Counted from the first letter of the stretch, positions 50,927-61,929 are shown. The stretch: DNA of 64,000 nt from Candidatus Bathyarchaeota archaeon (GCA_963775895.1 CAVZKL010000012.1:1-64000); one strand, 5' to 3'. Notes: generated from the letters alone by a model not told the origin. Translations and numbers: made by a program.

Positions 50927-51896
50927 TCTTCACACCTTCATCTGTTTTTCTTGCGATGAACGGTCTGCCCCCTGCCCTCATGATTGCTTCTTGCACAGCG
51001 GGCAGTTTGTCATCTTTTGCGAGAGCAATCATGCAGCCGCCTCCGCCGGCTCCGGTCAGCTTTGCACCGAGCGCCCCCGCTTTTCTCGCGGCGTTTATCA
51101 ACCATTCAAGAGACTCATCGGAGACTCCTAGACCGTAGAGCAGGGCTTGGTTGATGTTCATCAGGTCGCCAAGCGTGTTGAGGTCGTTCTCTCTGAGCGC
51201 GTCTATAGCTCTCAGAACTATTTCTCGCGCAGCCTTTCGCAATGGCTCTATGATCTGCGGATAATTGTCGGTTATGCTTCGCACTTTTTCAACTTGGACT
51301 CTCGTGAACCTTTCGACACCCGTATCGCCGATCACAAGAGGTATCTCCGACTTGACTTCGAGAGGCTTGAAGCCCGTGTCGGTTTGGAACAGGATTGAGC
51401 CTCCGAAGGTCGCTATTGCTGGGTCCACTCCTGATGGTGTTCCATGCACGGTTTTCTCAGCTTCAAGCGCGATGCTGAAGACGTCCTCTTTTGACATAGT
51501 CACTTTGAGCAGAGCGCCCACGGCGGCTGTGACTGCGGCCACAACTGCGGCCGAAGATCCCAAACCAGCAGCAACTGGAACTGTTGAGTTGATCTCAACG
51601 TTCAAACCAACATTATCAGCGTTCTTGGCCAACACTTTTCCAACAGCCAATCTCACAGGTTCAAACCTTAATCTGGCTTCTTTGGCGTCACCTTGTTCAA
51701 CCTTGAAGATTCCGTCTTTGAAGTAGCCTTTCAGGTTTAAGTTGACGGATTTCACGTGCAGGCATTTGTCTTCGTTGAAATCCACCGTTGCGTAAGCCCT
51801 TTTATCGATGGCCAAAACGATTGCAGGTTCCCCGTAAACGACAAAGTGCTCTCCGAAGAGTATGATTTTCGCGGGAGCTGAAGCAACGACCCCCAT
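50913..51896 (-). CDS. mvk: Mevalonate kinase
   Basis: APAKIILFGEH.VVYG, P..AGLGSSAA, HG.PSG.D, KLTGAGGGGC. Confidence 0.97.
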   Translation of the reverse strand: MGVVASAPAKIILFGEHFVVYGEPAIVLAIDKRAYATVDFNEDKCLHVKSVNLNLKGYFKDGIFKVEQGDAKEARLRFEPVRLAVGKVLAKNADNVGLNVEINSTVPVAAGLGSSAAVVAAVTAAVGALLKVTMSKEDVFSIALEAEKTVHGTPSGVDPAIATFGGSILFQTDTGFKPLEVKSEIPLVIGDTGVERFTRVQVEKVRSITDNYPQIIEPLRKAAREIVLRAIDALRENDLNTLGDLMNINQALLYGLGVSDESLEWLINAARKAGALGAKLTGAGGGGCMIALAKDDKLPAVQEAIMRAGGRPFIARKTDEGVKIERT

Positions 51897-51905
51897 TAGA
51901 CACCA

Positions 51906-52758
51906 CTATTTCTTGAAGCACACGGCAGCGTACCCCACAACTTCAGAGGAGTCGCCAATTACATCTCCACTGGTCTTATAGCATAATAATTTTGCCTCTT
52001 TTACACCCAGAGATTTCGCAGCGGTGATGAGAGCCGCAATCGGTCCGTAGCCGCACGCAGTAACGTGCTGAGATTCAACGATCGAGTAGAAGCGAGCTTC
52101 ATCTAATGCTACGACGGCTTCAAGCGCCTTTTTGTCCTTGCTCTGGGCTCGTTTCCCGCGGTTCGTAATGGGTCATGTCTGAAGAAGCTATTATGACCGC
52201 GTTTCTGTGAACCGCAACCTTTGCCACCGCTTTCCCCACTTCTCGCGCCGAGTCAAGGTCCTGCATGAGGAAGCAAACGGGAACGAACTTGAAGTTTGCA
52301 CCGTAGAGGTATTGGAGAAAGGGAAGCTGAACTTCGATTGAGTGTTCTAAACTGTGAGCAGCCTCGTCGACATCTACTATTCTTGATTCTCGCACCACCT
52401 GATTGGCGGCTTCAGTGTCAATTTCAACATCGCCTAAAGGTGTTCGCCACGCCCCTTCATTCATTATGGCGAGACCACTTCCCAACCCGGTGTGGTTGGG
52501 TCCGAAAATGAAAGCCACGTCCGGTTTCCCGTCGATGGCCAACTCGTAATACGAATGTGCAGCCACGGGTCCAGAAAACATGTATCCTGCATGTGGACAA
52601 ACGAGGCCTACGACGCGTCTTGCCCCGTACTTAGCAATTTCAGGAAGCCGTCCAGGTCCAAGTCTGTTGAGAAAACAACCTTCTATCTGCCGTCTCAGTG
52701 ATTCGGGGGTTCCCTCGTAGAAGGCTCCGGCTTGACAGGGATGCCGAACCTTCACCAT
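51906..52758 (-). CDS. MEMO1 / AmmeMemoRadiSam protein B; frameshift near 52155
   Basis: AG.FY, PHAGY.FSG, GPNHTG, EHS.EVQLPFLQ, ASSD.THY; second frame CGYGPI..TSGDV..VVGYAA. Confidence 0.93.
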
Positions 52759-52762
52759 ACAG

Positions 52763-53548
52763 TTAGGTTTCCTCCTCCTCCCGTGAGATCTTGGCCTCGA
52801 AATCATCTATCGTCAATTGGAGATCTTTGTCTGGAGCCAGTTCGCCGCGTTCCCGCATTATCTGTCTTGCCAGCAACCAGTATATGACTGCCAAGGCTCG
52901 GCGACCCTTGTTGTTGGTCGGAATGACTAACTCAACACCGACGAACTCGTTGTCGGTGCTGCATAACGCCACTACTGGAATTCCGACGGAAGACGCCTCT
53001 TTGACCGCTTGAAAATCGGCTCTGGGGTCAGAGACTAACAGAACTTCGGGTTCGATTCTGTTAGGGTACAGTGGATTTGATAACAGTCCCGGGATGAACC
53101 TGCCGACGACGGGCGTTGCTCCGGTGACTTGGCAGAACTTGGAAACCGGCTCTTGAGCGTAAAGTCTTGCCGCTGCCGCCGCGATCTTGGAAGGTTCGAA
53201 CCTTGCCAAGAACTTGGCTGCGACGCGTACTCTGTCATCCGTTTTCTTGACGTCTAAAACGAAGAGCCCGTCAGGTCTGACGCGGTATATGAATTGCTCC
53301 ATGTCGCCTGTTTTCATCCTCGTACCTATGTGGATGCCAGCAGAAAGCAGAGTGTCCTGGGGCAAGAGAAGTTCCTCTTCAGGAGGCACTGTGGCCTCTG
53401 CAACTTCAGGCTTTTCTTCCTCGGTCTCCACTGGATGAACTTCTTCTTTCATCTCATCTTCTTTGTCTTCTTCGTTTTCTTCCTGGTTTTCCTGCTCGTT
53501 TTCTTCTTCGCCTTCCTTGATTTCTTCGTCTTCCGACAACTTTTTCAT
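52763..53548 (-). CDS. rps2: 30S ribosomal protein S2 with an acidic N-terminal extension
   Basis: [16 protein letters not shown]...NP, DPR.D.QA..EA, IP.NNKG. Confidence 0.97.
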   Translation of the reverse strand: MKKLSEDEEIKEGEEENEQENQEENEEDKEDEMKEEVHPVETEEEKPEVAEATVPPEEELLLPQDTLLSAGIHIGTRMKTGDMEQFIYRVRPDGLFVLDVKKTDDRVRVAAKFLARFEPSKIAAAAARLYAQEPVSKFCQVTGATPVVGRFIPGLLSNPLYPNRIEPEVLLVSDPRADFQAVKEASSVGIPVVALCSTDNEFVGVELVIPTNNKGRRALAVIYWLLARQIMRERGELAPDKDLQLTIDDFEAKISREEEET

Positions 53549-54807
53549 CCTCCTTTAAGCATGTCAAGATCAGCCATTTTGGCTCTATCGCCAAGGAACT
53601 CTTCTATTCTGATCAATTCGTTTATCTTTGCTGTCCGCGCGCCCTCAACGATTCCAGTTTTGATAATCGGGCATTTGTAAGCCACGGCCAGTTGGGCTAT
53701 GTGCCAATCGCAAGTGTCACCTGAGCGGTGAGACATCACTGGAACGTACCCGTGTCGCTGGGCCATTTCGATCGTTTCCCAAGCATCTGAGAGGGTGCCG
53801 ACCTGGTTGACCTTTATTATGATGGAATTTGCCGCGTGCAGTTTCAACCCGCGGTAGAGCCTTTCGCTGTTCGTAGTGAACAAGTCGTCTCCACAGATGA
53901 GGCAGTTCTTGATTTTCTTGGTGATTTCAGCAAAGCTTTTGAAGTCTTCTTCGTCGAAGGGGTCTTCAACGTAGGCCAAGTGATACTTCTTGGTTAAGCC
54001 AAGCACGTACTCCAGTTGTTCGCCTGTGTCGCGTTTCTTTTTCTCCCTCGCGTAATTGTACTTTTTTTCTTTGGCGTTCCAGAGTGAGGACGACGCGAAA
54101 TCAGCGCCCATCCCACAGATGAAGCCCATTTCACTGCTTACTTCTTCACAAGCCCTTGCCGTTATTTCGAAGGCCTCTTCGTTTTCCACGGTGGCAACCC
54201 AGGCCCCTTCGTCACTTCTACCGCCGCCGAACAGCTTGTCCTTCTTGCCTAACGTTTCGCCGATCTTCTTGTGTACCATAGTGTTTGCTGTCGCGGCTTC
54301 CAAGAACGACTCGGCGCCGTGAGAAAGAGCCAAAAACTCTTGAATATCGGGGCTTTTTCCGCGCGTGTGCTGCCCGCCGCTTATCGTGTTTCCCAGCGGG
54401 TAGGGAAGTTCGTGGGCCACGTGCCCCCCGAGATGCTGAAAGAGAAGAAGACTGTTCGAGTTTGCCGCTGCTTCTGCGCTGGCCAGTGAGACTGCAAAAG
54501 CGGTGTTTCCGCCAATCGACCTGAAGTCTTTTGAACCGTCGATTTCGTGCAGTGTCTTGTCGATTTCTTCTTGACTGTCCGCGCTTAGGCCTATGATTTC
54601 GGGGGCAACAAGCTCGTCAACTCTCTTTATAGCCTGCTCAACCCCGCCTTGCGGATAGTAGACGACTTCTGTTTTGCCACGGCTCTTTCCAGCCGGTGCT
54701 GCGACTCTGCCGAAACCTGATGCGGTGATGACGTCGACTTCGATGGTTTCTTCTCCGCGATTGTTGAAGACCTTTCTCGCTAAGACGTCCTCGATCACTG
54801 CGGCCAT
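53545..54807 (-). CDS. eno: Enolase
   Basis: RG..T.EV, GGN, GG.H, QEF, DEG, EDPF.EED, GDDL..TN, K.NQ.GT, SHRSG.T, IKTG, R.AK.N.L.RIEE. Confidence 0.96.
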   Translation of the reverse strand: MAAVIEDVLARKVFNNRGEETIEVDVITASGFGRVAAPAGKSRGKTEVVYYPQGGVEQAIKRVDELVAPEIIGLSADSQEEIDKTLHEIDGSKDFRSIGGNTAFAVSLASAEAAANSNSLLLFQHLGGHVAHELPYPLGNTISGGQHTRGKSPDIQEFLALSHGAESFLEAATANTMVHKKIGETLGKKDKLFGGGRSDEGAWVATVENEEAFEITARACEEVSSEMGFICGMGADFASSSLWNAKEKKYNYAREKKKRDTGEQLEYVLGLTKKYHLAYVEDPFDEEDFKSFAEITKKIKNCLICGDDLFTTNSERLYRGLKLHAANSIIIKVNQVGTLSDAWETIEMAQRHGYVPVMSHRSGDTCDWHIAQLAVAYKCPIIKTGIVEGARTAKINELIRIEEFLGDRAKMADLDMLKGG

Positions 54808-54827
54808 CAGATTTTCCCGGCTCAATC

Positions 54828-55055
54828 TCAAAGATTCCTTGCCTCTCTTCGTTTTTCGGCTTCTTCGTAGAAACGAAGCACCTCATCCAGAATATCCGCG
54901 TGAGAGAGGAGCATGCGTCTGCAACAATAGCGTTTCACGCCTAGACTGTCGAGCACTTCACTCGGGTTTTCCCCAGCTTTGACTCTATGGGTGAACTCTT
55001 CCCATTTGTCACCGATCAACTTGCCACAAGTGAAACATCTTACGGGTATGATCAA
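54828..55055 (-). CDS. rpoN: RNA polymerase subunit N (Rpo10)
   Basis: [18 protein letters not shown]. Confidence 0.99.
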   Translation of the reverse strand: MIIPVRCFTCGKLIGDKWEEFTHRVKAGENPSEVLDSLGVKRYCCRRMLLSHADILDEVLRFYEEAEKRREARNL

Positions 55056-55071
55056 ACCTTGTCAGCCCTCT

Positions 55072-55482
55072 TTACCGGTAACTCTTCTGGTCTCTTGACC
55101 GAGCACCTGGACCTCCAAACTTTTTGGGCTCCTTCTTCCGTGAGTCACCAGCAATCATCGTTCTGTCGTACTCAGCAAAAACTGTGCGAAGATGAGTGCT
55201 CTTGGTCCATTTCAGCACTGCGTTTGCGACAGCCATACGTGCAGCTTCCGCCTGGCCCATGTAGCCTCCGCCGGAAGCCTTCACGTCCAGGTCCAGTTGC
55301 TTCCAAACCTCGTCTCCGGCTTCTAGAAGCGGTTCCATGATCTTTTCACGCGCGATTTCAGGTTCAAAAATCTCCACAGGAACCTTGTTAACGTAAACTC
55401 TTCCAACGCCAGGTCTTACGACCGCCCTTGCACTGGCGGTTTTCCGTTTTCCACTCACAACGAGAGTTTTCTTAGCAGGCAT
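55072..55482 (-). CDS. rps9: 30S ribosomal protein S9
   Basis: GKRKTA.A, GGG..GQA, EPKKFGGPGAR...QKSYR. Confidence 0.99.
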   Translation of the reverse strand: MPAKKTLVVSGKRKTASARAVVRPGVGRVYVNKVPVEIFEPEIAREKIMEPLLEAGDEVWKQLDLDVKASGGGYMGQAEAARMAVANAVLKWTKSTHLRTVFAEYDRTMIAGDSRKKEPKKFGGPGARSRDQKSYR

Positions 55483-55484
55483 TT

Positions 55485-55928
55485 TCATTCACCTTGATTC
55501 CATCCTATTTCTCTTGAGAATTCGCCGACCGTAAAGTACGCGCACTTCAACTTTTTCGCTTGGGCGTCGGCTACTGTTTCCATCTTCTGGTTTTTCAGGT
55601 CTTCAGGGACTCCTATGAACACTTTCAGATTTTTGTAAGCTTGTTTGCCCTTGGGCTGTTTGAACGGAAGCATTCCTTTGACGGTTTTTCTAACGACTCC
55701 GTCTGGCCTTCTATGATGGAATGGCCCCCGATATACGCCTCCCACGGCAAGGAATTCTTTTGCTTCTGAAACTTTGTTTCCCTTTCTTCCCGATATCACT
55801 GCCTTCTCCGCGTTTACCACCACTATTTCCTCGCCTGTAAGAAGACGCTTGGCGATTCTGCTTGACATTCTGCCCAGGATGAGTCCGTCAGCGTTCACGA
55901 TTGTTGTTGCTTTACTCGATGATTCCAT
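55485..55928 (-). CDS. rpl13: 50S ribosomal protein L13
   Basis: ILGR..S..AK.LL.GE, NAEK, GPF..R.PD, GMLP. Confidence 0.98.
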   Translation of the reverse strand: MESSSKATTIVNADGLILGRMSSRIAKRLLTGEEIVVVNAEKAVISGRKGNKVSEAKEFLAVGGVYRGPFHHRRPDGVVRKTVKGMLPFKQPKGKQAYKNLKVFIGVPEDLKNQKMETVADAQAKKLKCAYFTVGEFSREIGWNQGE

Positions 55929-55932
55929 GTCT

Positions 55933-56295
55933 TCACCCGATTATCTTGACCTTCGATCCCTTAGGATCCTTTTTGACAAGGTTGTCAAGCGAAAGGCACT
56001 TGCCCTTCGCAGCTTCTATCTTGTCTCTCGCCCTTGCTGAGAAAATGAAAGCCCCGACCGTTATGGCGTGGCCAATTTGACCCGTGCCCAAAACCTTTCC
56101 TGGGACTGCGACCATTTCGCTCCTGTGAGTGTACCTGTTTAGTCGGCTTACGTTCACCACGAGATTGCGTCTTCTCGGTTTGGACAGGCGTTCAGCAACG
56201 TCACGCCATACGCCAACATTGTTCTCTCTGCTTTGCTTCTTCAAGAAATTAACGGTGTTGATCAGTTCAGGGTTTGTGGTTCTAGTCTTCCTCAC
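55933..56295 (-). CDS. rpl18e: 50S ribosomal protein L18e
   Basis: W..VA..L..PRR, VPGKVLG.G, FS..A..KI. Confidence 0.98.
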   Translation of the reverse strand: MRKTRTTNPELINTVNFLKKQSRENNVGVWRDVAERLSKPRRRNLVVNVSRLNRYTHRSEMVAVPGKVLGTGQIGHAITVGAFIFSARARDKIEAAKGKCLSLDNLVKKDPKGSKVKIIG

Positions 56296-57115
56296 TCTTC
56301 TTCACCTTGATTTGGCCCTCAAGCTCTTTCAGTTGTTTGTCTAGCAACTTGACGGCTTCCGTCACTATTCGTTCTGGCGGAAGTGCTCCCGTGGACTCAA
56401 CGGCCAGTATGAAAGCGTCTTCTTCCCCAGATACTTCTATCGCACGTGGTTTTTCTGGACAAGCTTCAGCACAGTCCTGACACAGCGTGCACGCCATCAG
56501 ATCGCGAATTTCAACCTTGTTTCCTGATTTGACAAGAACCTTCCTGGGACACATTTCCACGCATTTTCCACACGCGGTACATTTGTTGCTTATCGTTATC
56601 TTGGGAAAGTATTTGTAAGTGCACATCGAAACAGGTTGCCACTTGGCGTGGTTTTTGCCTTTTCCAAGTCTCGCGTAGGCTTCAAGTCTGATTCTCTGTT
56701 CTTTTGCCAGCTTAACGATCGGCACCTTTTCGCTGACTGGTGCTATCGTTTGACTTTCCGATTTGAGGTCGCCTGAATAGATGGTTCTGGACCCTTCTTT
56801 TGCTTCAACTTCAAGTGCCAGGGTAACTCTGCAGAGGTTGCATCCGAATTCACTCTTGCACGAACATTCCTCAGGCAGGTTGTAACTGTCCAAGTCGGTC
56901 TTGAGCGGAAGGAGCCCAAGCCTGTGCGCAATGACTTCATCTTGCAGAATCGAAGAGTTCTCAAGCATCACGATCTCATCTATGGCCATACATGGGACTT
57001 CCGATGTCACTAGCCGTCTCAAAGCGTTCATGTACGGAACGTCCACTCCTCGAATCAACAAGCGCAGTTGCTCTTCGCTTTTCTCAAGCACTTTTATTTC
57101 CACTTGGTTGGACAC
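56282..57115 (-). CDS. rpoD: RNA polymerase subunit D (Rpo3) with a ferredoxin-like domain
   Basis: NALRR, N.S.L.DE..AHRLGL.P, C.C....C..C, H AKWQP, two CxxCxxCxxxCP motifs. Confidence 0.98.
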   Translation of the reverse strand: MSNQVEIKVLEKSEEQLRLLIRGVDVPYMNALRRLVTSEVPCMAIDEIVMLENSSILQDEVIAHRLGLLPLKTDLDSYNLPEECSCKSEFGCNLCRVTLALEVEAKEGSRTIYSGDLKSESQTIAPVSEKVPIVKLAKEQRIRLEAYARLGKGKNHAKWQPVSMCTYKYFPKITISNKCTACGKCVEMCPRKVLVKSGNKVEIRDLMACTLCQDCAEACPEKPRAIEVSGEEDAFILAVESTGALPPERIVTEAVKLLDKQLKELEGQIKVKKSEED

Positions 57116-57198
57116 TCCATGCTAACCAGTGTGTCGTTCAATAAGACATTGGTGCATTATTTCAATTTTTCTGTCAGGAGAAAGAAGGCTTCAACCTG

Positions 57199-57600
57199 TC
57201 AGACTCTTCTTCCCCTTCTGCCGCCCGGCCTCCGCGTACCATCATGCGGGATAGGCGTGACTTCCTCTATACGTTCAATGCGGAAACCAGCCCTTGCCAA
57301 CGCCCTGATAGCGGCCTGCGCACCTGGACCAGGAGTTCTGGGTCCTGCGCCTCCAGGAGCTCTGACCCTGATGTGTATAGCGGTTATACCCTTATCTCTT
57401 GCAACATCGGCCGCCAATGACGCTGCGCGCATCGCGGCGTAGGGTGAAGATTCCAGTCTGGATTGTTTGACAACCATGCCTCCAGACGTTCTGGCGATCG
57501 TTTCTGCGCCCGAAAGGTCAGTCATGTGGATAATCGTGTTGTTGTACGAACTGAAAATGTGAACGACAGCCCACTTCTCAGTTTTCTTGCTCGAACTCAT
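57199..57600 (-). CDS. rps11: 30S ribosomal protein S11
   Basis: [30 protein letters not shown]-like [16 protein letters not shown]. Confidence 0.99.
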   Translation of the reverse strand: MSSSKKTEKWAVVHIFSSYNNTIIHMTDLSGAETIARTSGGMVVKQSRLESSPYAAMRAASLAADVARDKGITAIHIRVRAPGGAGPRTPGPGAQAAIRALARAGFRIERIEEVTPIPHDGTRRPGGRRGRRV

Positions 57601-58163
57601 TATTGTTCTCCTTCTCTTTCAGGTCCTGGCTCTGCCTGCGGCGCAACAGTGATGGTCTGTCGCAACGGATGGTTGGGATTCGCGAGGGCGCTCTGAGCTT
57701 TGTAACCGATTTGAGCCTCCTCGGGTTTGGTTACGAGGTGGCCGGGTGTTTTGACTCGCTGCCCTCCGATAGTTATGTGTCCATGGGTTATCAGTTGGCG
57801 AGACTGTTGGGCCGTTTTTGCCAACCCTTTGCGCAAGACGAGGGTTTGAAGTCTTCGTTCAAGGATGTCTTCTATCGTTAAGTCCAACACGTCGTCCAGG
57901 ACAGCTGTTTCAGGCAGAACGCCCAGCCGTTTCAAGCGTGCTAGAATCTCCTCTTCCATTTTTTTGCGTTCTTCAGGCGCCTTCCCAATGAGTGACCGTG
58001 CAGTGCCTCTGAACGTTGACAGCATCGTTTCATTCCGCCACAGTTCATGCTTGTTCCTTAAACCGAATTCTCCTATGAGTTTGAGTTCAGCCTGCATTAT
58101 GTCGGTTCGCCAAGGGAATCTCGGCGTGTCGTACTTCTTTCTCTGTTTCTTGATGTCGCCCAT
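57600..58163 (-). CDS. rps4: 30S ribosomal protein S4
   Basis: Y.TP..PW, GLRNK.E.W, LERRLQT, RQLI.HGHI. Confidence 0.99.
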   Translation of the reverse strand: MGDIKKQRKKYDTPRFPWRTDIMQAELKLIGEFGLRNKHELWRNETMLSTFRGTARSLIGKAPEERKKMEEEILARLKRLGVLPETAVLDDVLDLTIEDILERRLQTLVLRKGLAKTAQQSRQLITHGHITIGGQRVKTPGHLVTKPEEAQIGYKAQSALANPNHPLRQTITVAPQAEPGPEREGEQ

Positions 58164-58648
58164 TACTTACTCTCCGCTGCGGCCGCGCCGGGTCTCTGCA
58201 TCAACGTCTTCTTCTTAACCCCCAAGGCTTTACCCGCTCTACCCGTGGTTTTGGTGTGTTGCCCGCGCACCCGCAGGCCGTAGGCGTGTCGGTATCCACG
58301 CCAAGACTTGATGATCTTCTGCTGCTCAATGTCCATTTTTGTTCTGAGGACAAGGTCAGCGCTGATCAGGTGCCCGTCTTTGCCCGTTTCTGCGTCTCTT
58401 CTTCTGTTCAATAGCCACGGAGGCAAACCGTGTCTGGCGGGGTCTTTAACGATCTCTTCAACCTTCTCCACGTCGGTTTCCGTCAGGAACCCCGCTCGTT
58501 TGTCTGGGCTTATACCCGCCTTCATCAGTATCGCGTTTGCCAGACTCAGACTTATCCCTTTGACCTTTGACAGCGCGTAAGACGTTTTCAACGTGCCGTC
58601 AACGTCGGTGTCTATGATTCTGAGTCTGTACCGAAATTCTTCTGACAT
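58163..58648 (-). CDS. rps13: 30S ribosomal protein S13
   Basis: P.W.LNR..D..TG...H, SWRG.RH..GL.VRGQ.T.TTGR. Confidence 0.99.
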   Translation of the reverse strand: MSEEFRYRLRIIDTDVDGTLKTSYALSKVKGISLSLANAILMKAGISPDKRAGFLTETDVEKVEEIVKDPARHGLPPWLLNRRRDAETGKDGHLISADLVLRTKMDIEQQKIIKSWRGYRHAYGLRVRGQHTKTTGRAGKALGVKKKTLMQRPGAAAAESK

Positions 58649-58895
58649 TCAGTGACATCCATTATGGTCCGAAGCTAACTACGAAGTAAACCATAATTTA
58701 TATAAGAATATCGGTTTTTAAACAAACAATGCAATTTGGCTCTGCGTGTTTTTTCCACATGACCTCACGCGTTCAAATCTTCGACACGAGGTTAACGTTA
58801 CCGCTTGAGTCTAGGAACACTATCCAAAACACGCGGGTTCTGGTCTTTCTTCTATCCAAAAAGCGATTGGCATGAGTGTTGAAGTGTGGTTCGGT

Positions 58896-59489
58896 CTACC
58901 ATGCGTTTGGGTGTTGATATCTGACTATGGGCGTGTTATTTTTGAATGGCTCTTTCTTGAAGAGTTCTTCGAGTGAAAGGAGTATTTCTCGATGGTTTTC
59001 TTCGTCTTTCGCTATTAGCTCGAAAACATACTTCAGAGACTCCAGGTTGACTTTGTATATTTGAGAGATTTCTTTGCTCATGAAGTTAAGTGTCTTTAAT
59101 TCGACAAGAACGAAGTATTCTTCACTGAGCGAGTTTTCGAAGCCGGCCAACCTGTTCATCAAACCGGGCAGGTCCGACTCGTTGATCTTCTGTTTCTCTG
59201 TTATCTCGTCTGATAGGTCAGAGATCTTTTGCCACACCTGCTTCAGTTTCTTTTCACAGTCTCCAGATTTGGGTTTGGAGGGTGAAATGTTCTCGGCGAT
59301 TTCTCTCATTATCACCGAGTGTTTCAGGCTGTCGTAAGCGATGTAGTACAGTGAGGATCTGGCAAGAAGATTTTCTGTTTTCGAGGCTATACTACGATAC
59401 AGCGAGAACGTTCTTTCTTCCAAGTTGCTGGAACAATGGAGAAAGCCTGCCACGTCCTTTCCGTTCTTCACGTTCCGCAAGAGCATCAT
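58896..59489 (-). CDS. Ferritin-like (rubrerythrin-fold) protein
   Basis: LE...Y, IAYDS.KH and IAKDEENH (D/ExxH) in a four-helix pattern. Confidence 0.7.
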   Translation of the reverse strand: MMLLRNVKNGKDVAGFLHCSSNLEERTFSLYRSIASKTENLLARSSLYYIAYDSLKHSVIMREIAENISPSKPKSGDCEKKLKQVWQKISDLSDEITEKQKINESDLPGLMNRLAGFENSLSEEYFVLVELKTLNFMSKEISQIYKVNLESLKYVFELIAKDEENHREILLSLEELFKKEPFKNNTPIVRYQHPNAW

Positions 59490-59594
59490 TCCTCACGGTG
59501 TTCTGCATGAAACAATGCCTAATTGAGTGATAAATGAGTTATGAATCCTCAATTCACTATGAAAAGAGTAGCGAGCTCGCAAACAGCAGGATTT

Positions 59595-59843
59595 TTACTC
59601 AAGTCTCTTTGCCATCAGAATTGTTCTTTCAGCAGTTGACGCTGAAAAGAGCAGATCATCAATCGTGGCTATGAAAGTGGGAAATTTCCCATCGTAGCTT
59701 ATGCTTGTCACGACCCTTCTTGAATCTTTCGTAGTTTTTATGGACAGACCTTTTGGGGTCCTCATATTGTCCGGCGACACTGCTTTGGCCACGACTTCAG
59801 CCGTCTTTTCATCATCGTATTCCAAGACTATTTTGGCTTGCAA
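59595..59843 (-). CDS. pcc1: KEOPS complex subunit Pcc1
   Basis: AE.V..A..PDN, ATIDD.L; standard rps15-DHH-pcc1 synteny. Confidence 0.82.
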   Translation of the reverse strand: MQAKIVLEYDDEKTAEVVAKAVSPDNMRTPKGLSIKTTKDSRRVVTSISYDGKFPTFIATIDDLLFSASTAERTILMAKRLE

Positions 59844-61288
59844 TCTTTCTCGCCCTTCAACTGTTTGCCCACGAGTTCGTTCACGATTGACATGAATTCG
59901 TCGACGTCTTTTATGGGAACTTGGGCGCCTGCAGCAACGTTGTGCCCTCCGCCTTTACCGTGGAATTTCTCGGCGGCCGCCTGCATTGTTTCGCCGAGGT
60001 TGACGCCTTTGCTCACCACGGTGTCCATGGTTCGCGCGGATATCTTCGCGATTCCTTCTTCTTGGAGATTGGAGTAGGCTATCAAGGGTTTTTCGGGGTT
60101 GGGAAGGTTTGAGACGAGTATAGACGAGATGGCTCCGACCATCTTGTCTTTGATGAAGTCTTCACCGAATACGACGTAGATGTTTTCGAATTCTTTCATC
60201 CTTTCAGGCTTCTCCATCACCCAGCCCAAGTACTTGTTGATGGTTCGTCTATAATCTTCCAGGAGTCGGTTGGCTGCTTCAAGAGACGAGCCTCTGTCGC
60301 CCATGCAGACGGCTACGCCCAATCCTGCTTTTTCCATCCTTCCAGTCGCGTTGAGCAGCACCGCAAACTCTCGCGCATCCCTCAGGGGGGTCCATGGTTC
60401 TTCATGGTTTAGAATGTAGATGCTTCCGATGAGATTCGTCACTTCATAATGTAGACCCTTAGAAACCAGATGGTCTGCCAGTTTTGAGCATAATCGCTTC
60501 TTTTCATCTTCGGACAGGTCTCTCAGGGCTCGCCATTTGTCCCCGTTCATCGGTTCTATGTCGAGACTCTTGAGGAAGGCCAAGCTGTTGTTTTCATCTC
60601 CGCTTATGCCTGGAATGAACGGGTTTGTCGAAGAGGTTAAGGCTTTCAGAATTGGGCGCGTTTCCCTTCCGAAGAAAATCAGGTCTTTTTCAACGGTCAC
60701 GTGACCTGAGCTGGTTGCGTCTTCAACGATTTTCTGATTCAAACCCCTGAGCGTGCGTTGATCGTACTTGTCCTGTAAGTCTCCTAGAGCTCCAACGATC
60801 GCAACCGGCGACAAGTCTACGTTAGTCTTGTCCAGAGCCTTGGCGACAAAATAGGCGACGCCTGAACCGCTTACGTCCCTAGCTCCGTCAATACCGTGCA
60901 GATGCGGGTTTACCTGCACAAAGTTATCTGATTGTTCGCCCACAACCTGATGATGATCCAGAATTACGATCTTGAAGTCGGAGAGTTTCTCGTTGAGTAG
61001 ATCGACGTAGCCGCTTCCCAGATCAGTGAAGACAATCAGTTGAGGCTTATCCGAAATGATTTCAGCGACGATCTTGTCTTCGATCCATTGAGTGATGCGA
61101 ATTCTGAAGCGGGCCTCCAGCCTCGACAGAGCCTTTCCCATTATTCCAGCTGCAGCAACGCCGTCAGCGTCCAGGTGCGAGAAAACGTGGACCAGCCCAT
61201 CCTGCTTGACCGTTTCCAAGATGGTTTTTGCTGCCTTTTCAGCAGAATCAAGGAAGCTGGCGTACTGTTCATCGGAAGCTGAAGCCAT
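59828..61288 (-). CDS. DHH/DHHA1 phosphoesterase (RecJ-like)
   Basis: SH.DADG, DLGSG, LDHH, GALGD.Q, S.R, GGGH..AAGA. Confidence 0.95.
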   Translation of the reverse strand: MASASDEQYASFLDSAEKAAKTILETVKQDGLVHVFSHLDADGVAAAGIMGKALSRLEARFRIRITQWIEDKIVAEIISDKPQLIVFTDLGSGYVDLLNEKLSDFKIVILDHHQVVGEQSDNFVQVNPHLHGIDGARDVSGSGVAYFVAKALDKTNVDLSPVAIVGALGDLQDKYDQRTLRGLNQKIVEDATSSGHVTVEKDLIFFGRETRPILKALTSSTNPFIPGISGDENNSLAFLKSLDIEPMNGDKWRALRDLSEDEKKRLCSKLADHLVSKGLHYEVTNLIGSIYILNHEEPWTPLRDAREFAVLLNATGRMEKAGLGVAVCMGDRGSSLEAANRLLEDYRRTINKYLGWVMEKPERMKEFENIYVVFGEDFIKDKMVGAISSILVSNLPNPEKPLIAYSNLQEEGIAKISARTMDTVVSKGVNLGETMQAAAEKFHGKGGGHNVAAGAQVPIKDVDEFMSIVNELVGKQLKGEKDCKPK

Positions 61289-61400
61289 GACTGGTCATCC
61301 TAGCCTAACCCGAGTGAGATTATTTAAAGATTTAAGATGCTTTAGCGTAGGAACGGCTCGAAAATGGTCAACGAAAAAGTTCGAACGAAACGAGAGAGAT

Positions 61401-61841
61401 CTAAGTTATCGAAGCGATTTTAGGTTCGTACTTCCATGCTGGAGCTAGGATACCTTCCTTTTTGTAGAACCTCGACACCTTGTGAATCTTCGCTTCTATA
61501 AGTTGAAGCGCTCGCCGATTGTAAAGGTCGGTTCTATTCTTCTCAAGGTGAAGCGAAAGGCTCTGGGCCTTCTTCAGCAGACTTGTCAGATCCTCAGGAA
61601 AAGCTGGGGCCAATTGATTCTCTCTCATGATTGTCAGCACGCGTTTGCCGGTTATGGGTTTTGACAGTGGAACCGAATACTGATCTCTGAGGATGGTGCC
61701 GATTCGGCTTGCCGAGTTACCCTCTTTTGCAAGTTTGACTATTAGAGCTTCAACTTCTTCAGCTTGATACTTACACCAGCTAGGAGCGCGTTTGCTCACA
61801 GGTCTCGTTTCATGTGATTTTCCTTTCTCTTGCTTAGGCAT
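61401..61841 (-). CDS. rps15: 30S ribosomal protein S15
   Basis: IG..LRDQY, PEDL..L.KKA, HL..N..D, L..IE.KI..Y. Confidence 0.98.
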   Translation of the reverse strand: MPKQEKGKSHETRPVSKRAPSWCKYQAEEVEALIVKLAKEGNSASRIGTILRDQYSVPLSKPITGKRVLTIMRENQLAPAFPEDLTSLLKKAQSLSLHLEKNRTDLYNRRALQLIEAKIHKVSRFYKKEGILAPAWKYEPKIASIT

Positions 61842-61929
61842 GGAGTATCCCTAGATAAGTGCCTATGAGCGAAGATAAACGCATATTTAAGAGTAACCGT
61901 CGATTTTTTGAAGTGACCGTCTTCTGCAT

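Noticed and set aside
39096-59557. Exact 13-mer ATCCTCAATTCAC at 39096 and 59545, upstream of two helical proteins
   Set aside because: Many 13-mer matches are expected by chance in 64 kb, and the positions relative to the start codons differ
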